From positions 1,240,001 through 1,304,000 of the forward strand of contig CP075497.1 of the NCBI GenBank assembly GCA_021613535.1: a DNA stretch of 64,000 nt, in the 5' to 3' direction. The stretch comes from Adineta vaga. Lineage: Eukaryota > Animalia > Rotifera. A model generated the notes under the pieces. It searched no databases, was not told the DNA's origin, and saw nothing but the letters and a program-made list of their open reading frames with translations. How positions within the stretch are numbered: the stretch's first letter is position 1; each line of letters opens with the position of its first letter. The position numbers and the translations under genes were made by a program. Shown here piece by piece: positions 1-12,719 of the stretch.

Positions 1-2498
1 GAAGTGATCAATTCTTAAGTATCACACAATTAAATGATGGCACGTATCTTGCTGCAGGTAAGGATAATCTGCTATACACACGGGCCACTTCGACAAACAG
101 ATGGACAGCAGTCCAAAATAGTGGAAACAGTATAGGAGCAATCCAGCTTAATGATGGCACGTTTCTCGGTGTTGGTACGGATAATATGCTGTATACAGCC
201 GGTACTCCAGCAAGCACGTGGGTCATAGTAGCTAATAGTGGTTCAATCATTGATGTTTCTCAGCGAAGTGATGGCACTATTATAGGTTTGCGTACGAATA
301 ACGTCATGTACACGCGTAATAGTGTAACCAGTGACTGGGTGATAGCCCCAAGAAGCGATATGTTTCTGAGTGTCTGTCAATTGAACGATGGCACATTTCT
401 TGCTAGTGGCACCGATCGTATGCTCTATACACGCAATTCATCCACAAACCGATGGACTGCAGTGCCAAACAGCAGCCCGAGTATTGTAGTCACACAGCTC
501 AATGATGGCACGTTTCTTGGTGTTGGCACAGATAATTTGCTATACACACGTGCCAGTTTGACAAGCCCTTGGGTTATTGTACCGAACAGCAGCCCCACCG
601 TCGATGTTTCTCAACGAAGTGATGGCACTTTTCTCGGTGTGGGAACAGATAATTTACTCTACATTGGTTCTACTTTAACGGGTGGCTCGATCACAGTTCC
701 AAGAACTGATCTATTTCTCAGTATTAACCAATTAAAAGATGGCACGTTTCTTGGTGTCGGCATAGATAAAATGCTCTACACGCGCGCCACTTCGACGGAC
801 AGATGGATAATGGTACCGAACAGCGGCACGAGCATTGTAGTGGCTCAACTGAATGACGGCACGTTTCTAGGTGTTGGTGCTGATAATTTGCTATATACAC
901 GCGCCAGTTTGACAAGTCCATGGGTCATGGTACCGAACAGCGGCCCGACTATTGATGTTTCTCAACGAAGTGACGGCATTTTGCTCGGCGTGGGTACAGA
1001 TAACTTGCTTTATACACGTACTACTCCAACGAGCAACTGGGTGATAGTGTCGAGAACCGATGTCTTTATCAGCATTAACCAATTAAAAGATGGCACGTTT
1101 CTTGGTGTCGGCAGGGATAGAATGCTCTACACCCGCACCAATTCGACCGACAGATGGATAATGGTACCGAACAGCGGCACGAGCATTGTAGTGGCTCAAC
1201 TGAATGACGACACGTTTCTAGGTGTTGGTGCTGATAATTTGCTATATACACGCGCCAGTTTGACAAGTCCATGGGTCATGGTACCGAACAGCGGCCCGAC
1301 TATTGATGTTTCTCAACGAAGTGACGGCATTTTGCTCGGCGTGGGTACAGATAACTTGCTTTATACACGTACTACTCCAACGAGCAACTGGGTGATAGTG
1401 TCGAGAACCGATGTCTTTATCAGCATTAACCAATTAAAAGATGGCACGTTTCTTGGTGTCGGCAGGGATAGAATGCTCTACACCCGCACCACTCCGACCG
1501 ACAGATGGATAATGGTACCGAACAGCGGCACGAGCATTGTAGTGGCTCAACTGAATGACGGCACGTTTCTAGGTGTTGGTGCTGATAATTTGCTATATAC
1601 ACGCGCCAGTTTGACAAGTCCATGGGTCATGGTACCGAACAGCGGCCCGACTATTGATGTTTCTCAACGAAGTGACGGCATTTTGCTCGGCGTGGGTACA
1701 GATAACTTGCTTTATACACGTACTACTCCAACGAGCAACTGGGTGATAGTGTCGAGAACCGATGTCTTTATCAGCATTAACCAATTAAAAGATGGCACGT
1801 TTCTTGGTCTCGGCATAGATAAAATGCTCTACATGCGCGCCACTTCGACCGACAGATGGATAATGGTACCGAACAGTGGCACAAGTATTGCAGTGACCCA
1901 GCTTAATAACGGCACGTTTCTTGGTGTTGGCACGGATAATATGATGTACACACGTACCACTTTGGGAAGTCCATGGATTATGGTACCCGATAGCGGTCCT
2001 ATGATCGATATTTCTGAACGAAACGATAGTACGTTGCTGGGCGTCGGCATAGACAACTTAGTCTACATTCGCACTACCTTAAGCAGTAGCTGGGTGTTGA
2101 TACCAAGAACAGATCTCTTCAGCAGCATCTGCCAATTAACAGATGGGAGGTTGCTTGCAGCTGGCATAGATCAAATGTTGTACACACGTTCTAGTTTGGC
2201 GAAAAATTGGGTGATGACGCCAAATAACAATTCTATCATTGGTGTATCTCAGCTGATCGATGGAAGAATATTGGTTGTGGGATCGGATTACGTCCTTTAT
2301 ACACTTGCTAGTTTGAATAGCAGTCGAGTGTCGTTGGGCAGTAGCAGTTTTGCTATTGCAACTACACAGCTGAAAGATGGTACAGTTCTGGTGATCGACA
2401 AGAATAATACGCTCTACGCATGGACCAGTTTTGATAGTGAATGGATTCTAATTCCGAACGGAGATGGGATGATTGGTGTGGCGGCTCTGTTATCTTAA
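1..2498 (+). CDS. Tandem 39-aa repeat beta-propeller protein (tectonin/tachylectin-like), 5'-truncated by the window edge
   Basis: The frame is open from position 3 (SDQFLSITQLNDGTYL...), upstream of the annotated Met at 186. About 21 repeats of consensus QLxDGTFLGVGTDNxLYTRxxxxxxWxxVPNS; no introns; stop at 2496-2498. Confidence 0.7.
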   Translation, partial: SDQFLSITQLNDGTYLAAGKDNLLYTRATSTNRWTAVQNSGNSIGAIQLNDGTFLGVGTDNMLYTAGTPASTWVIVANSGSIIDVSQRSDGTIIGLRTNNVMYTRNSVTSDWVIAPRSDMFLSVCQLNDGTFLASGTDRMLYTRNSSTNRWTAVPNSSPSIVVTQLNDGTFLGVGTDNLLYTRASLTSPWVIVPNSSPTVDVSQRSDGTFLGVGTDNLLYIGSTLTGGSITVPRTDLFLSINQLKDGTFLGVGIDKMLYTRATSTDRWIMVPNSGTSIVVAQLNDGTFLGVGADNLLYTRASLTSPWVMVPNSGPTIDVSQRSDGILLGVGTDNLLYTRTTPTSNWVIVSRTDVFISINQLKDGTFLGVGRDRMLYTRTNSTDRWIMVPNSGTSIVVAQLNDDTFLGVGADNLLYTRASLTSPWVMVPNSGPTIDVSQRSDGILLGVGTDNLLYTRTTPTSNWVIVSRTDVFISINQLKDGTFLGVGRDRMLYTRTTPTDRWIMVPNSGTSIVVAQLNDGTFLGVGADNLLYTRASLTSPWVMVPNSGPTIDVSQRSDGILLGVGTDNLLYTRTTPTSNWVIVSRTDVFISINQLKDGTFLGLGIDKMLYMRATSTDRWIMVPNSGTSIAVTQLNNGTFLGVGTDNMMYTRTTLGSPWIMVPDSGPMIDISERNDSTLLGVGIDNLVYIRTTLSSSWVLIPRTDLFSSICQLTDGRLLAAGIDQMLYTRSSLAKNWVMTPNNNSIIGVSQLIDGRILVVGSDYVLYTLASLNSSRVSLGSSSFAIATTQLKDGTVLVIDKNNTLYAWTSFDSEWILIPNGDGMIGVAALLS
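716..1880 (+). repeat. Intragenic near-identical 351-bp (3 x 39 aa) tandem repeat, about 3.3 copies
   Basis: attaaccaattaaaagatggcacgtttcttgg recurs every 351 bp; the antisense shadow ORFs repeat at 724, 1075 and 1426. Confidence 0.95.
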
Positions 2499-3682
2499 TA
2501 GTACTAGTGGTTTGTGGTTTTTTATTCGGATCGACAGCGACGATGAATACTCTTTGCAAGCTTCTTTTCTAATTGTGACATTTTGTCACTCCTCTGTTCA
2601 TTTGGATAGCTAGTGTTGAGGAGCAGAACTGTCCGTTTTATGAAAGTTTTACTGTATTTTTTAGATGTCTACTTGCAAAGTTATTTTTCTGAAATTTCTT
2701 TTTTTAAATATTCATTCAATTTTTTGTTTTCTTCTTATCTCTGACACCATGTAGGTGGTGTTCTTTATTATTTTTCTGTGGCGTGGTGTGTATTTTTCAT
2801 TTTTCTTTTTCTCAAGCAACATTGCCAATCTTTGTTCTTTTCAATGGCATGTGTCTTCATGGGTTTATCGTAATAAAAGAAAGAAACTATTCCACTGATT
2901 AAAGTGTTCAAATTCTCGATGAGGAATTTAAAATGATGTGGGTGTAGATACGCATAGAAATAGTACATGATAGAAATACCTCCATCAACATCCATCGTTC
3001 AGGAGATTGAGTAACACAAATGTATGGTTTTATTCTTAATGCACATAATTCAATATGAAATTTTGAGAGTGTTGGTGAGAATTTTGCCCTGAGACTTGCA
3101 GTTTTATTTTCTGTTGACATACATCCACCCATCTACTCTTAAATCAAGCATTCCCTTCTTTATTTAGTCTTCATTCAAGCATTAATCACGTACATTAATG
3201 TAAACTTTAACGAAGAAACAATACATTAATACAAGAAGCAACGTTCCTTAAAACTACGATCTCCAGTCGAAATAATAAATGAAAAATTAAAATAAAATTT
3301 CATGACAATATCGAAGAACAACGATAGATAAACAAGTCGATAGCGGAGAAAGCGGATTTTATATACCCACATTTTCTTGGATTTTTCTTATATAGCCCAG
3401 ATTTCAAGGATTCTCAAGATTTTCAACGTACACCAAAAATTTCATATAGGCGATATTTCTAATTCCAAGAGTTTTTCTGCATAGTTATTGAATTTTCTCG
3501 ACTGCTCAATGATTGTTTAACAAATCATAGGTACGTTCACATATCTGACAGTTAGAAATAGAGAATCTTTGTGATCTTTTGATGAAAATTCTCTACAAAC
3601 TATCGAATATTTATATGTGACTAGATTTTATCTGTCTATTTTCACAATTCCATGCTCATTAAAACAAAGTTATACTTGATAT

Positions 3683-3993
3683 TAAGGAGGAAAAATCTCA
3701 TTCCGGGGCATTCCGAATGCCATAGAATGCGTGGGAAGGCAAGAGAATTTGTCCGAATGCGCCAGAATACCTTATGTTGATTTAAAATCCCACCCTTTGT
3801 CTTAACATCCATCGAATAATGAAATAATAAGCTGAGAAGCAATTCCCGGTTTTAATTTTCAACACGTCCGTTAGAAATAGTTTTTGGATATATACCAATG
3901 ATTCGGAATGTAGAAGAATGCCAGAGAATGGCTGAAAATGTGCGAGAATGCACCAGACTACCGGAATGCCGGAATGAGATTTTCCCCCCCTTG
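3683..3993. mobile_element. hAT-like MITE (311 bp)
   Basis: Imperfect TIRs (taaggaggaaaaatctcattccgg / ccggaatgagattttcccccccttg), 8-bp TSD CTTGATAT at 3675-3682 and 3994-4001, internal GAATGC(C) subterminal repeats. Confidence 0.85.
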
Positions 3994-5430
3994 CTTGATA
4001 TTCATTTTCAGAAAACAAGAAATGATCGAGAATAATTCAAAATTAACGTATGAAAATATTTTTATGAATGATTTCAAGATAATATTCGTAGATGATACAA
4101 ATCATTCATTACAATCTACGTAAATGTCTTTTCTTATGAATTTCATTGTCATATAAAACGATGCTTTCTCTTTTGAAAAGAAAAGTCCAATGAACATCTT
4201 TCGAACAGATCATCATTCTTCAATCATTTTGTTTTCCTTTTTTTGAAACGATTCGCAAATAAATAAATCTAATATATATTTGTTAATTCGAATATTTCAT
4301 AAGAAGAAAGGGTGTGGGTGAGTTCGAATATAGAAACACCATGACAGTTTCGGTTTATTTCAAAGTCTCATCAGATGATTTATTTAATTTGCTTAATGGA
4401 CATTTAATTCATATTGATTTGATAGTATATTGGTATGGGTGAAACACATCTATCAGCCACAGCCACACCCGTTATCAAAGAAATAGAACTAAAAATACCT
4501 CTATCAGGTACTTATATGCTATCAAATGGCATCATAATAATGAAGGCCCACATGTCCATGAAGCTGTCCTCGATTATCTTCGCTCAGAAGCAGTTACCAT
4601 GTATTCTTTGGATACAGAAAAATATAAAAGAACGTGTGAAAAATGAATTTAAAAAATGCAACTGTGTGTAAATAATGAAGGGCATTGTTTTGAACATTTA
4701 ATGAAATAAAAACTTCTTGAATTCGTTTAGGCATTTTGAATTTCTGGGTATACTAATAGAGATGAACGATAGAGCCTCAGAAAAGGTGAGAGAAAAGAAG
4801 CCTTATTAGGATTTTGTTATTCTGATGGCAACGGAACTACACTCATATTCTCACCTACACTAATACTTTCAAGGATAACTCAAAATGTCAATAATTCAAT
4901 ACATGTTTCCTTTATTTAATTGAAATATGTATATAGTCAGAACTAGCTCTTTGGTTTTTCTCATTTTCTGTGATATACAAAGAATTAATAGTTAAGTACT
5001 AAAAATATCCATCAGCGCAGTACAGTGTATTCATTGTGATTTCTGAGAGTTTTAAGAACCAATGACTACAAGCTGAATTGCAATCGGAACGATTTTGTTC
5101 TAAAAGCACTCGCATCAGAACGGTATCAAAGGAATACAATTCATTCATAAGTAGAACTGCTTTTTAATTAATCTGACTTTGAAAATCAACAGCAGTGTGT
5201 AGGACTTCTTCGATGCACTGTTTGCTGATTAGTTTTTATACAATGATTGAAGAGTTCGCTCATGAAAAATAAAATAATATAATAATGTAAACAATACAGT
5301 ATGATGAAAAAAGACTTATAAATTCATACAAAATTTGTTTTACTTTCATTAAAAAAAAACAATCAGATTCTTTTCATTCCTTTTTGATAACAGTATTTCA
5401 TTGTTAAAAGTAGGTGAACTATTAGTAACA

Positions 5431-8400
5431 ATGATTTATGGGTACATTGTTCTTGGACTACTCTTTAACTTTGTCAAAGTCCTCGAAAGCACTCATTTTC
5501 TCGGTGGCAGTATCACATGGCGTGTACTCAATACGTCCGCCATCGGAACACCCGTCGCCATTGTCATTACTCAGACATATTCTTGGACTTGGTCGTATGC
5601 CAAATGCAACTCTACGCAAATTGCCAATAGTGAACCGTTACCTATCGTTCTTACTTACAACGGTGTTAGCAATACACTCGATTGCATTATTAACTGTGGT
5701 TCTGGTTCAGTTGGCTATTCAGCGCCACCCATACTTCCTGATTGTACTGATGTGTCACCCATACAGGGTACCACTGTTGGTCAACGCTCAGATATCGTTT
5801 ATCTGCAACAGAATGATGATTTCACTGTTGCTTTTCAAGACACTGGCTGGCGTCCTTTAGCATTTAATTCTTCAGGAGATTGGTCTCTTGCTTCACGCAT
5901 CGCTGTGATACAGCGACCTGATAATGGCCTCTACAACAGTGCACCAGTAGCTACCGTAATGTCTCCGATCAATATTCCGTGTAATCAATCAACAGTTATC
6001 ACTGTACCATTGGGTGATCCTGACGGAGATACTATGAGATGTCGATGGGCAAGTGGTTATAGTGAATGTGGTGGTGTGTGTCCACCCAGTTCGCTGCCAC
6101 CAAATACAATTATCTTCTCGAATTGTACGATTGTGATAACAGGTGAGAACATCAACGATTGGTTTGCTGTGGCACTCATGGTTAGTTTGTCTCTATGTAG
6201 AAAAAAAGTAGTGTTACTCTTCCTATTACAGGTTGAAGATTTTATCAATTCATCGAGTACCACTCCGCTCAGTTCTGTACCTGTTCAATTTCTTGTGCGC
6301 GTAGTTTCTCCACCTTCGTGTACAATTCGACCTGATATCATCGGATTGCCTGCTGAACAATCATGTACAGTAGTCAAAGTTGGTGACAGCTTTATTTCGC
6401 AGTTAATTGCAATTAACCATTGTGGACCTAGTGTAAGAATCATCGAAATTGCAACACTGTCTTTTTCAGGCATGGTTCAGAGCGATATTATAAATCAGAG
6501 TTCGACGACCTATTATAAGAATATTACGTGGATTCCAACAGCAGCTCAGCTCGGCTACCAAGTCATGTGTGCAATGGCACTGAACAGGTGCATATACTCT
6601 CAACAATGATGATGATAATAAGGATAAAAAATATTGTTTTTGTTTACTAGTCAAAACTTTCAATCGGCACAATATTGCTTTACATTCTATGTATCGGAAA
6701 ATGGCGCCGATGATTGTCCCAGCGATGTTCTTCTTACAACAAGCACAACGTAAAAAAATGTCGATGTCAAATCTTCGTATATCTTTTGTTTGTAAGGACC
6801 AGCACAACAACTTCATTGACAAACGATACAACGCATACAATAATAACAAGCATAACATCGTATGTATACTCAAAATTTTCGTATCTTATATGCTTTATAT
6901 CATGTATTTTATAGAGAAATAACAAGTGATACAAGGTGAACACAAGAATGAATAGGTTTCATTGATTTTAAAATAGGATTACCCTAATAATTCTACGAAA
7001 TACACATTGTGAAAAAAAATCATAGATCTTTTCTCGAGGGTGAACATAAAAAAACACTAATACAGATCTCTTAATGAATTGTAATCACTATTAAACTCGC
7101 CTTCTCTCCCATGTTGTTCTTATTATCGGTAAGTCAGGAATCGGACGATAGAAGAAGTGGGGATCTTTTTTAATAATGTTATTCATCGAATAGTATATAT
7201 GAAAGTAATAAATTCTTTTGAGGTCTATTACTTGTAACATATTTTTCCAGTACTTGTATGTGTTCTTCATCTATCATAGAAATTATGTATTTTATTTGTA
7301 ACTCTAGTTTCACAACAAACAATAGTTCGGCAACGTAAGGCAAATCTTCAATCAGAATATATTTCTGTTTTTCATTCGCAGATCAACAACATTGACGAAA
7401 ACAACAAGCATACCACACAAAGGTATGTTGTTTGTTTTTATCTATAGAATCGTAAGACATTGCCTCGTTTAATATCAGTCGATTTCATCAATTGGCCTCT
7501 GTTCGGCAGTCTTATTGGTTTAGCTCTGTTGGGAACAACTGTTCTATGTTGCTGTCTGTGTTGGAACTTTTGTCGGTCTGTTCATTGTTTATAATAGTCT
7601 TGCCATTGCCTATTTTGTTGTTGTTATAGTTCACCTAATCGTCGGAGAAAGCATAAGCGTGATCGAACGTTGGACAACTATTGTTTTGAGCGACGTACAG
7701 ATTCAGACAATCAATGGTCATATACGCCAACAAATTTACTTTCTGACTCATTAAAAAACTACTTCTTCGACAATATTTCGAATGAGCGCACAAACAATTC
7801 TGCAGACAGTCAAAGAACATCATTAACTGAAATTACTAATGGACCATCAGATTTGAAAGAGAACAGTAAAGATTTGGGCTCAATGGGCTTTCATCGAACT
7901 AGTTTTCTTTCAACGAACAACAAAACATCAATTTCGAAAGAAACAGTAAATACAGGGATACACACTACAACAAGTGCTGACATCAAATCGCTCTACCGAA
8001 AGTCGAAAGAAAATAAACTTCTGTCTGCCAGCAAGCGAAAAAGTATTGAAAATGTGACGGTAACTCGAGTTAAACTGTCTACAAAACAAAGATCCTTGAG
8101 TAACAATGCCAAGGCAGAATCGGAACAGCATCTGACAACACGTGTCAACAAGCAGACTTGCTCAAGTCGAGCAAACACCGAAGCGACAAATGTTGTTCGC
8201 ATTATTCGTGTACCTTCTCATCCGTCTACGAAGTGTCGTTCATCAATTGCCGAAAACACCATTCGATTAGATGATATTGATAAAATACAACAAACACTTT
8301 CGACGCTGAAAACTGCGAAAGACTTGTCATTAGCTGACACACGATCACAAGAGACGATGATTGATAACACTACTAAAACATTACCGACAGGGATTCATAT

Positions 8401-8437
8401 TGATCGGATGCGAACGTTCAAGATAAAGCGTTTCTAG
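5431..8437 (+). CDS. Multi-exon type-I membrane protein: signal peptide, Cys-rich ectodomain starting HFLGGSITW (Sib/'integrin beta-like' type), Ser/Thr stalk, TM, low-complexity cytoplasmic tail
   Basis: ATG at 5431; introns 6181-6231 and 6588-6650 plus further short introns around Thr-rich microexons; TM exon 7479-7575 (WPLFGSLIGLALLGTTVLCCCLCW) splices in frame at 7630 into ORF 7670-8437 via basic RRRKHKR. Confidence 0.7.
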
Positions 8438-9395
8438 AATTTGTTGAAGAAGACACAGAAGAATACGTATCACACTTGAACGAATATCAAAAGAAACAGT
8501 AGTAAAAAGATAGTATCCAATATTTATATGTTCTGAACACTACTTCTCCTTTAATAAATTCTTTGATCTTTTCTTTTGACCAGAATTTCAATTGTATGTA
8601 TGGAAATTCGAAACATTTTCATTCATATTTTTCTACATGAATTTTCTCGAATCTTCTATTTGATTACGAATAAATCAAATCCAAGTTCACTTGGTTTGAT
8701 TGTTTAAACTCTGATTATCTCTTAAGATTAACATCAATGTCAGATAATAAAATATTCTTAAAATTGATCAACACAAGTTGGTGGAAAAAAAAGAAATATG
8801 ACAAACATGTTTCTCGAATATTCTCTAAATATATTATCATTTTCAAAATATTTTAATTGAAAACACATTGATCGTATAAGAGCAAAAATCTATTCCTAAT
8901 CGAACATCTTGTCAACCGATAATTGAGATCTTGTATGATATGATATTTCCATCTAGGATTCAAAATAATAACAAATATTTGAACATTAAATAAAACTGAA
9001 AATTACAAGAAACCGTTAAATATAATAAAATATTAAAATATGAGAATAATCTTTTCTAATTCACATTTTAAATCATTTTCATCATATATTCTAACAATAC
9101 AGATGATTACTAATCAACGAATCTTTTATACATTGATTAATATATAAGGATTTGTTTGTATACATTTACTGTCTTTATGTTTATTCTTTGTTCTTATTGT
9201 TTCATATCAATGACTGGATACTTATTAGTATATTGCACTGAAGTAAAATGTACTATGTGTACATCTAAACGATTTCACATCCCACATCTGTTTTGATTTC
9301 GAAATTATAGTAAAATACTAAGTATATTGTACTGAGTCAACATCCATCATACAATTAGCTAAGTATATAAGAAGTATTTGTACTAGAACTTGTAC

Positions 9396-9777
9396 CAAAG
9401 GGGAAAAAGCGAAAAGTCGGTACTCCAGTATACTCTTTGTACTCCCGCGATAAATTATGATTATTCTTGAGAGGTTTTTCAGTATTTTCAAGTCCACCGG
9501 TGATCAGTGTTACAGTGCACCCGCTGGAGAACAATGTAACTAACACTAGCGAGCAGAAAGCCTCAAATACTCCATGATACTTCGAAACTGGAGTATTTTG
9601 GAGTATTTGAGGCTTTCTGCTCGCTAGTGTTAGTTACATTGTACTCCAGCGGGTGCACTGTAACACTGATCACCGGTAGACTTGAAAATACTGAAAAACC
9701 TCTCAAGAATAATCATAATTTATCGCGGGAGTACAAAGAGTATACTGGAGTACCGACTTTTCGCTTTTTCCCCCTTG
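9396..9777. mobile_element. hAT-like foldback MITE (382 bp, almost fully palindromic)
   Basis: Arms of about 180 bp are near-perfect reverse complements; termini CAAAGGGGAAAAAGCG / CGCTTTTTCCCCCTTG; 8-bp TSD ACTTGTAC at 9388-9395 and 9778-9785. Confidence 0.95.
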
Positions 9778-10427
9778 ACTTGTACTCATCCAATCAAACT
9801 GTTTCATATAATGAAGAGTGTTAGACATGTTTTTTTCTTATTCGATATGATTTATATATGTTTTTGAAAAAATAATTAGAATTTTTCAATTAATTATATG
9901 ACTTTAGTTTATTCAAGATCTTGACAGAAGATAATTATAATATAATTTTTCTTTAATCATTTTCACATCTTGTGATCTTCTAGATAGATCTTTTCAAGAT
10001 TTGTTGTACCGACACATAAGATATATTCCAGGTATTCTTTTTTAGAAGAAAAAAAATAAACAACAAATGGTTTTGTTAAGATCTTTGTTTACAAAGATTA
10101 CATTCTATTTAGGATTAAAATAAACATTTGATAATCACGATTGTTTATATATTGCAAAAAAAAGTCAAATAAGAACGATTGAATATTTCCTTTGATTTAA
10201 ACTATTTATATAAAATAGATACTGTTCATTGTAATTGATCAAGAAGAACTTTCTATTAAATTTCTGTCGTTATTAATCTTTTGATTCTCTATTAATACAA
10301 ATAGATGACAGAAATCTGTCAGAGACAGGAAATTATTTCTCTTTTTCTTTTTTGGTTAATTAATTCTACAAATAAAAATATAAATGTATATAAGATTTAA
10401 AAATTCTTCATTGAATAAACTACAGAA

Positions 10428-11534
10428 ATGTCTTCTAACAACAGTACTGTGTTTGTTATCGCTACAACTTCATCGAATACAGTTGTCAATATTCTTAATT
10501 TGATTAGTACTCGATTTGTTAATTATCTTCCATTGGTATTCGTTATTCTTGGTTTTATTGGTTTTATTGGAAATAGTATAACTTTTCTTCAACCAACACT
10601 TAGTAAAAATACGTGTTGTATTTATACTCTTTCAAGTTCATTCATTGATGTTTGTAATCTTTTTATCAATCTTTTACCAAATTATGTCTCACGATATGAT
10701 ATTTCTTGGGATTCATGGCAATTTTCACGTATCCCGTGTAAACTCAAACTATTTTCAATTGTTTTTCTTCCACAATTATCAATTAATCTTCTGCTATTAT
10801 CTTTGATCGATCGATTTGCTTCGACATCAGATTTAGCATCACCGATTCGTCGAATATTTCAACGAAATATGGTTCCATATTTAATTATATTAACTATTAT
10901 CATAAGTGGTATTATGTCATTACACTCGCCTATTCTCAATGATTTAATTCCTTTCTATGGATGTTCTTCAACAAATCCATTGGTTTCTAGTGTATTGTAT
11001 ATAACTTTTCATGGTATTGTAACACCCATTGTAATGTTAATTTTTATATTACTCACTTATCGAAATGTTGTTCGAAGTCGTCAACGAGTGGTAAGGGTTT
11101 TTTTCTCTCTCGTAGTATTGTGTCTTTCGAAATAATATTTGAATTGTATATGTGATATTTAGGGTATGATAGCAACGAGAAATCCAAATCAGTCACGAAA
11201 TCGATTTGTTGGAATGATATTCGTTCAAATATTTGGTACAACTTTCTTTTGTTTACAATGGTTAAGTATGTATATATACTGGGCAGTAACTCTGAATAAT
11301 ATCAAAAGTTATGAACAATGGATGATTGATTTTTTTGTTTATATTTTAACAAATTATTTTTATTATCTAAACAATGTTAAATCATTTTATTTGTCAACAT
11401 TAGTGAGTCATCGATTCCGAAAGACGTTTATTCAAGGTGTGATCAAAGCAGTGACTTGTGGTCAATATCGACAACGTACAGAAGATCACAGACACATTTT
11501 TCGGTTACGAACAAAATGCAAGGTGTTCATATAG
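10428..11534 (+). CDS. Orphan rhodopsin-like (class A) GPCR, 2 exons
   Basis: TM1 GFIGN, TM3 IDRF, 7 hydrophobic segments, C-terminal SFYLSTLVSHRFRKTF; phase-0 intron 11091-11162 joins the two ORFs. Confidence 0.85.
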
Positions 11535-11701
11535 TACGACAGCAATTTTGAAGGACATACAATGAATATTTGTTGTAATGAATGTTGTTCAATCAATGTT
11601 GTGTGTTTGTGTCAGAAAAAAAATCATATCTGTTGTGATGGTGAAAATAAATTTATTATGACGAATACTGACTTTGATATGTTAATGTCTACGACTACAT
11701 C

Positions 11702-11749
11702 TTGAGGGTGTGGGTGTGAAACATGTAGAGATATTCTCATCACCCTCAA
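11702..11749. repeat. Short hairpin element with telomere-like arms (TTGAGGGTGTGGGTG...CACCCTCAA)
   Basis: Inverted TTGAGGGTG / CACCCTCAA ends; member of a family dispersed through the window. Confidence 0.7.
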
Positions 11750-12587
11750 TATGAAGAGGTATAGCTTTGACAAGTTCATTTTCGTGTACGTTCAGTCTTT
11801 TGAAAAACGCACTTATTGGTCTATTCGGTATATTCTACCAGTTCTTGTGCTTTTTTGTTTACATTATTGCATGGGCGATCCTTTTTCAGAACTCTTATAT
11901 ATCGCACAGTAGGAATGAAATAGTTCCATTCTTTTTATAACGTTATCTTTTACTTTTTTCTCTCGAACTTCTAAAAACAATGAAATTTCTCGGTGAATTG
12001 TGTTACAATGTGAGTCATTATAATGCATTTTCTTCTTTATTTCCTATGGTAGCACAGGTGATGTGTATGATATACATATAATTATGTCTTTTCTTTTCTT
12101 TCATTTACGATCCGATATATTCAACACATTCATCTTTCTTTTCATATTGTTCAGAGATATTCCCACTGTTTTATGGTATTATTTCCTAGTTCTTTGCGCA
12201 TATATATATTCCGTCACCGATTATGGAATACGTCAAAGAAATACATACAATTAGTCAGATTTGTTCTCACTTGTTACATAAACTCGCATAAAAAATTTGG
12301 AAGATTTAACGCCAATAATCGTTCAGGATTATAGAGTGTACAAACAAAGATCGAAATAGTATAGCATAATCCACGCTTATTTTGACATAATTAGTAAATA
12401 TATCATATAATTAAAGAAACAATAGAGAAAATAATAGATGTCACTACTTTGTTTCAATTTTATAATCATATCTAATTTTCAGCATTAAAAAACCCGACTA
12501 TATTTTGTTGTAAATATTCGTTTATACATTTTTTTTCTTATATGAGAACTGTCTGATCTCGTCTTCATATCATTCTTATAATATCAG

Positions 12588-12606
12588 CACGTGTAAATAG
12601 CACGTG
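12588..12606 (+). promoter_or_regulatory. Tandem CACGTG E-boxes upstream of the Gly/Ser-rich gene
   Basis: AGCACGTGT occurs twice 13 bp apart (CACGTG at 12588 and 12601), about 115-130 bp upstream of ATG 12720. Confidence 0.35.
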
Positions 12607-12719
12607 TCTGGATCGATGAGTGTGTCTTCCTATCGATTCTTTCTTGTATATATTTTCATCATTTCTTCATTCTATCGTTACGTTTTTTTGATCATTTATA
12701 ACAAGTAACCTATTATATT

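Noticed and set aside
724-1784. Repeated minus-strand 63-65-aa ORFs; CRISPR-like periodicity
   Set aside because: Antisense shadows of the 351-bp coding repeat; no unique spacers, no cas genes, eukaryotic context.
9355-9867. Mirror-image 63/65-aa ORFs on both strands
   Set aside because: By-product of the palindromic MITE; no protein features.
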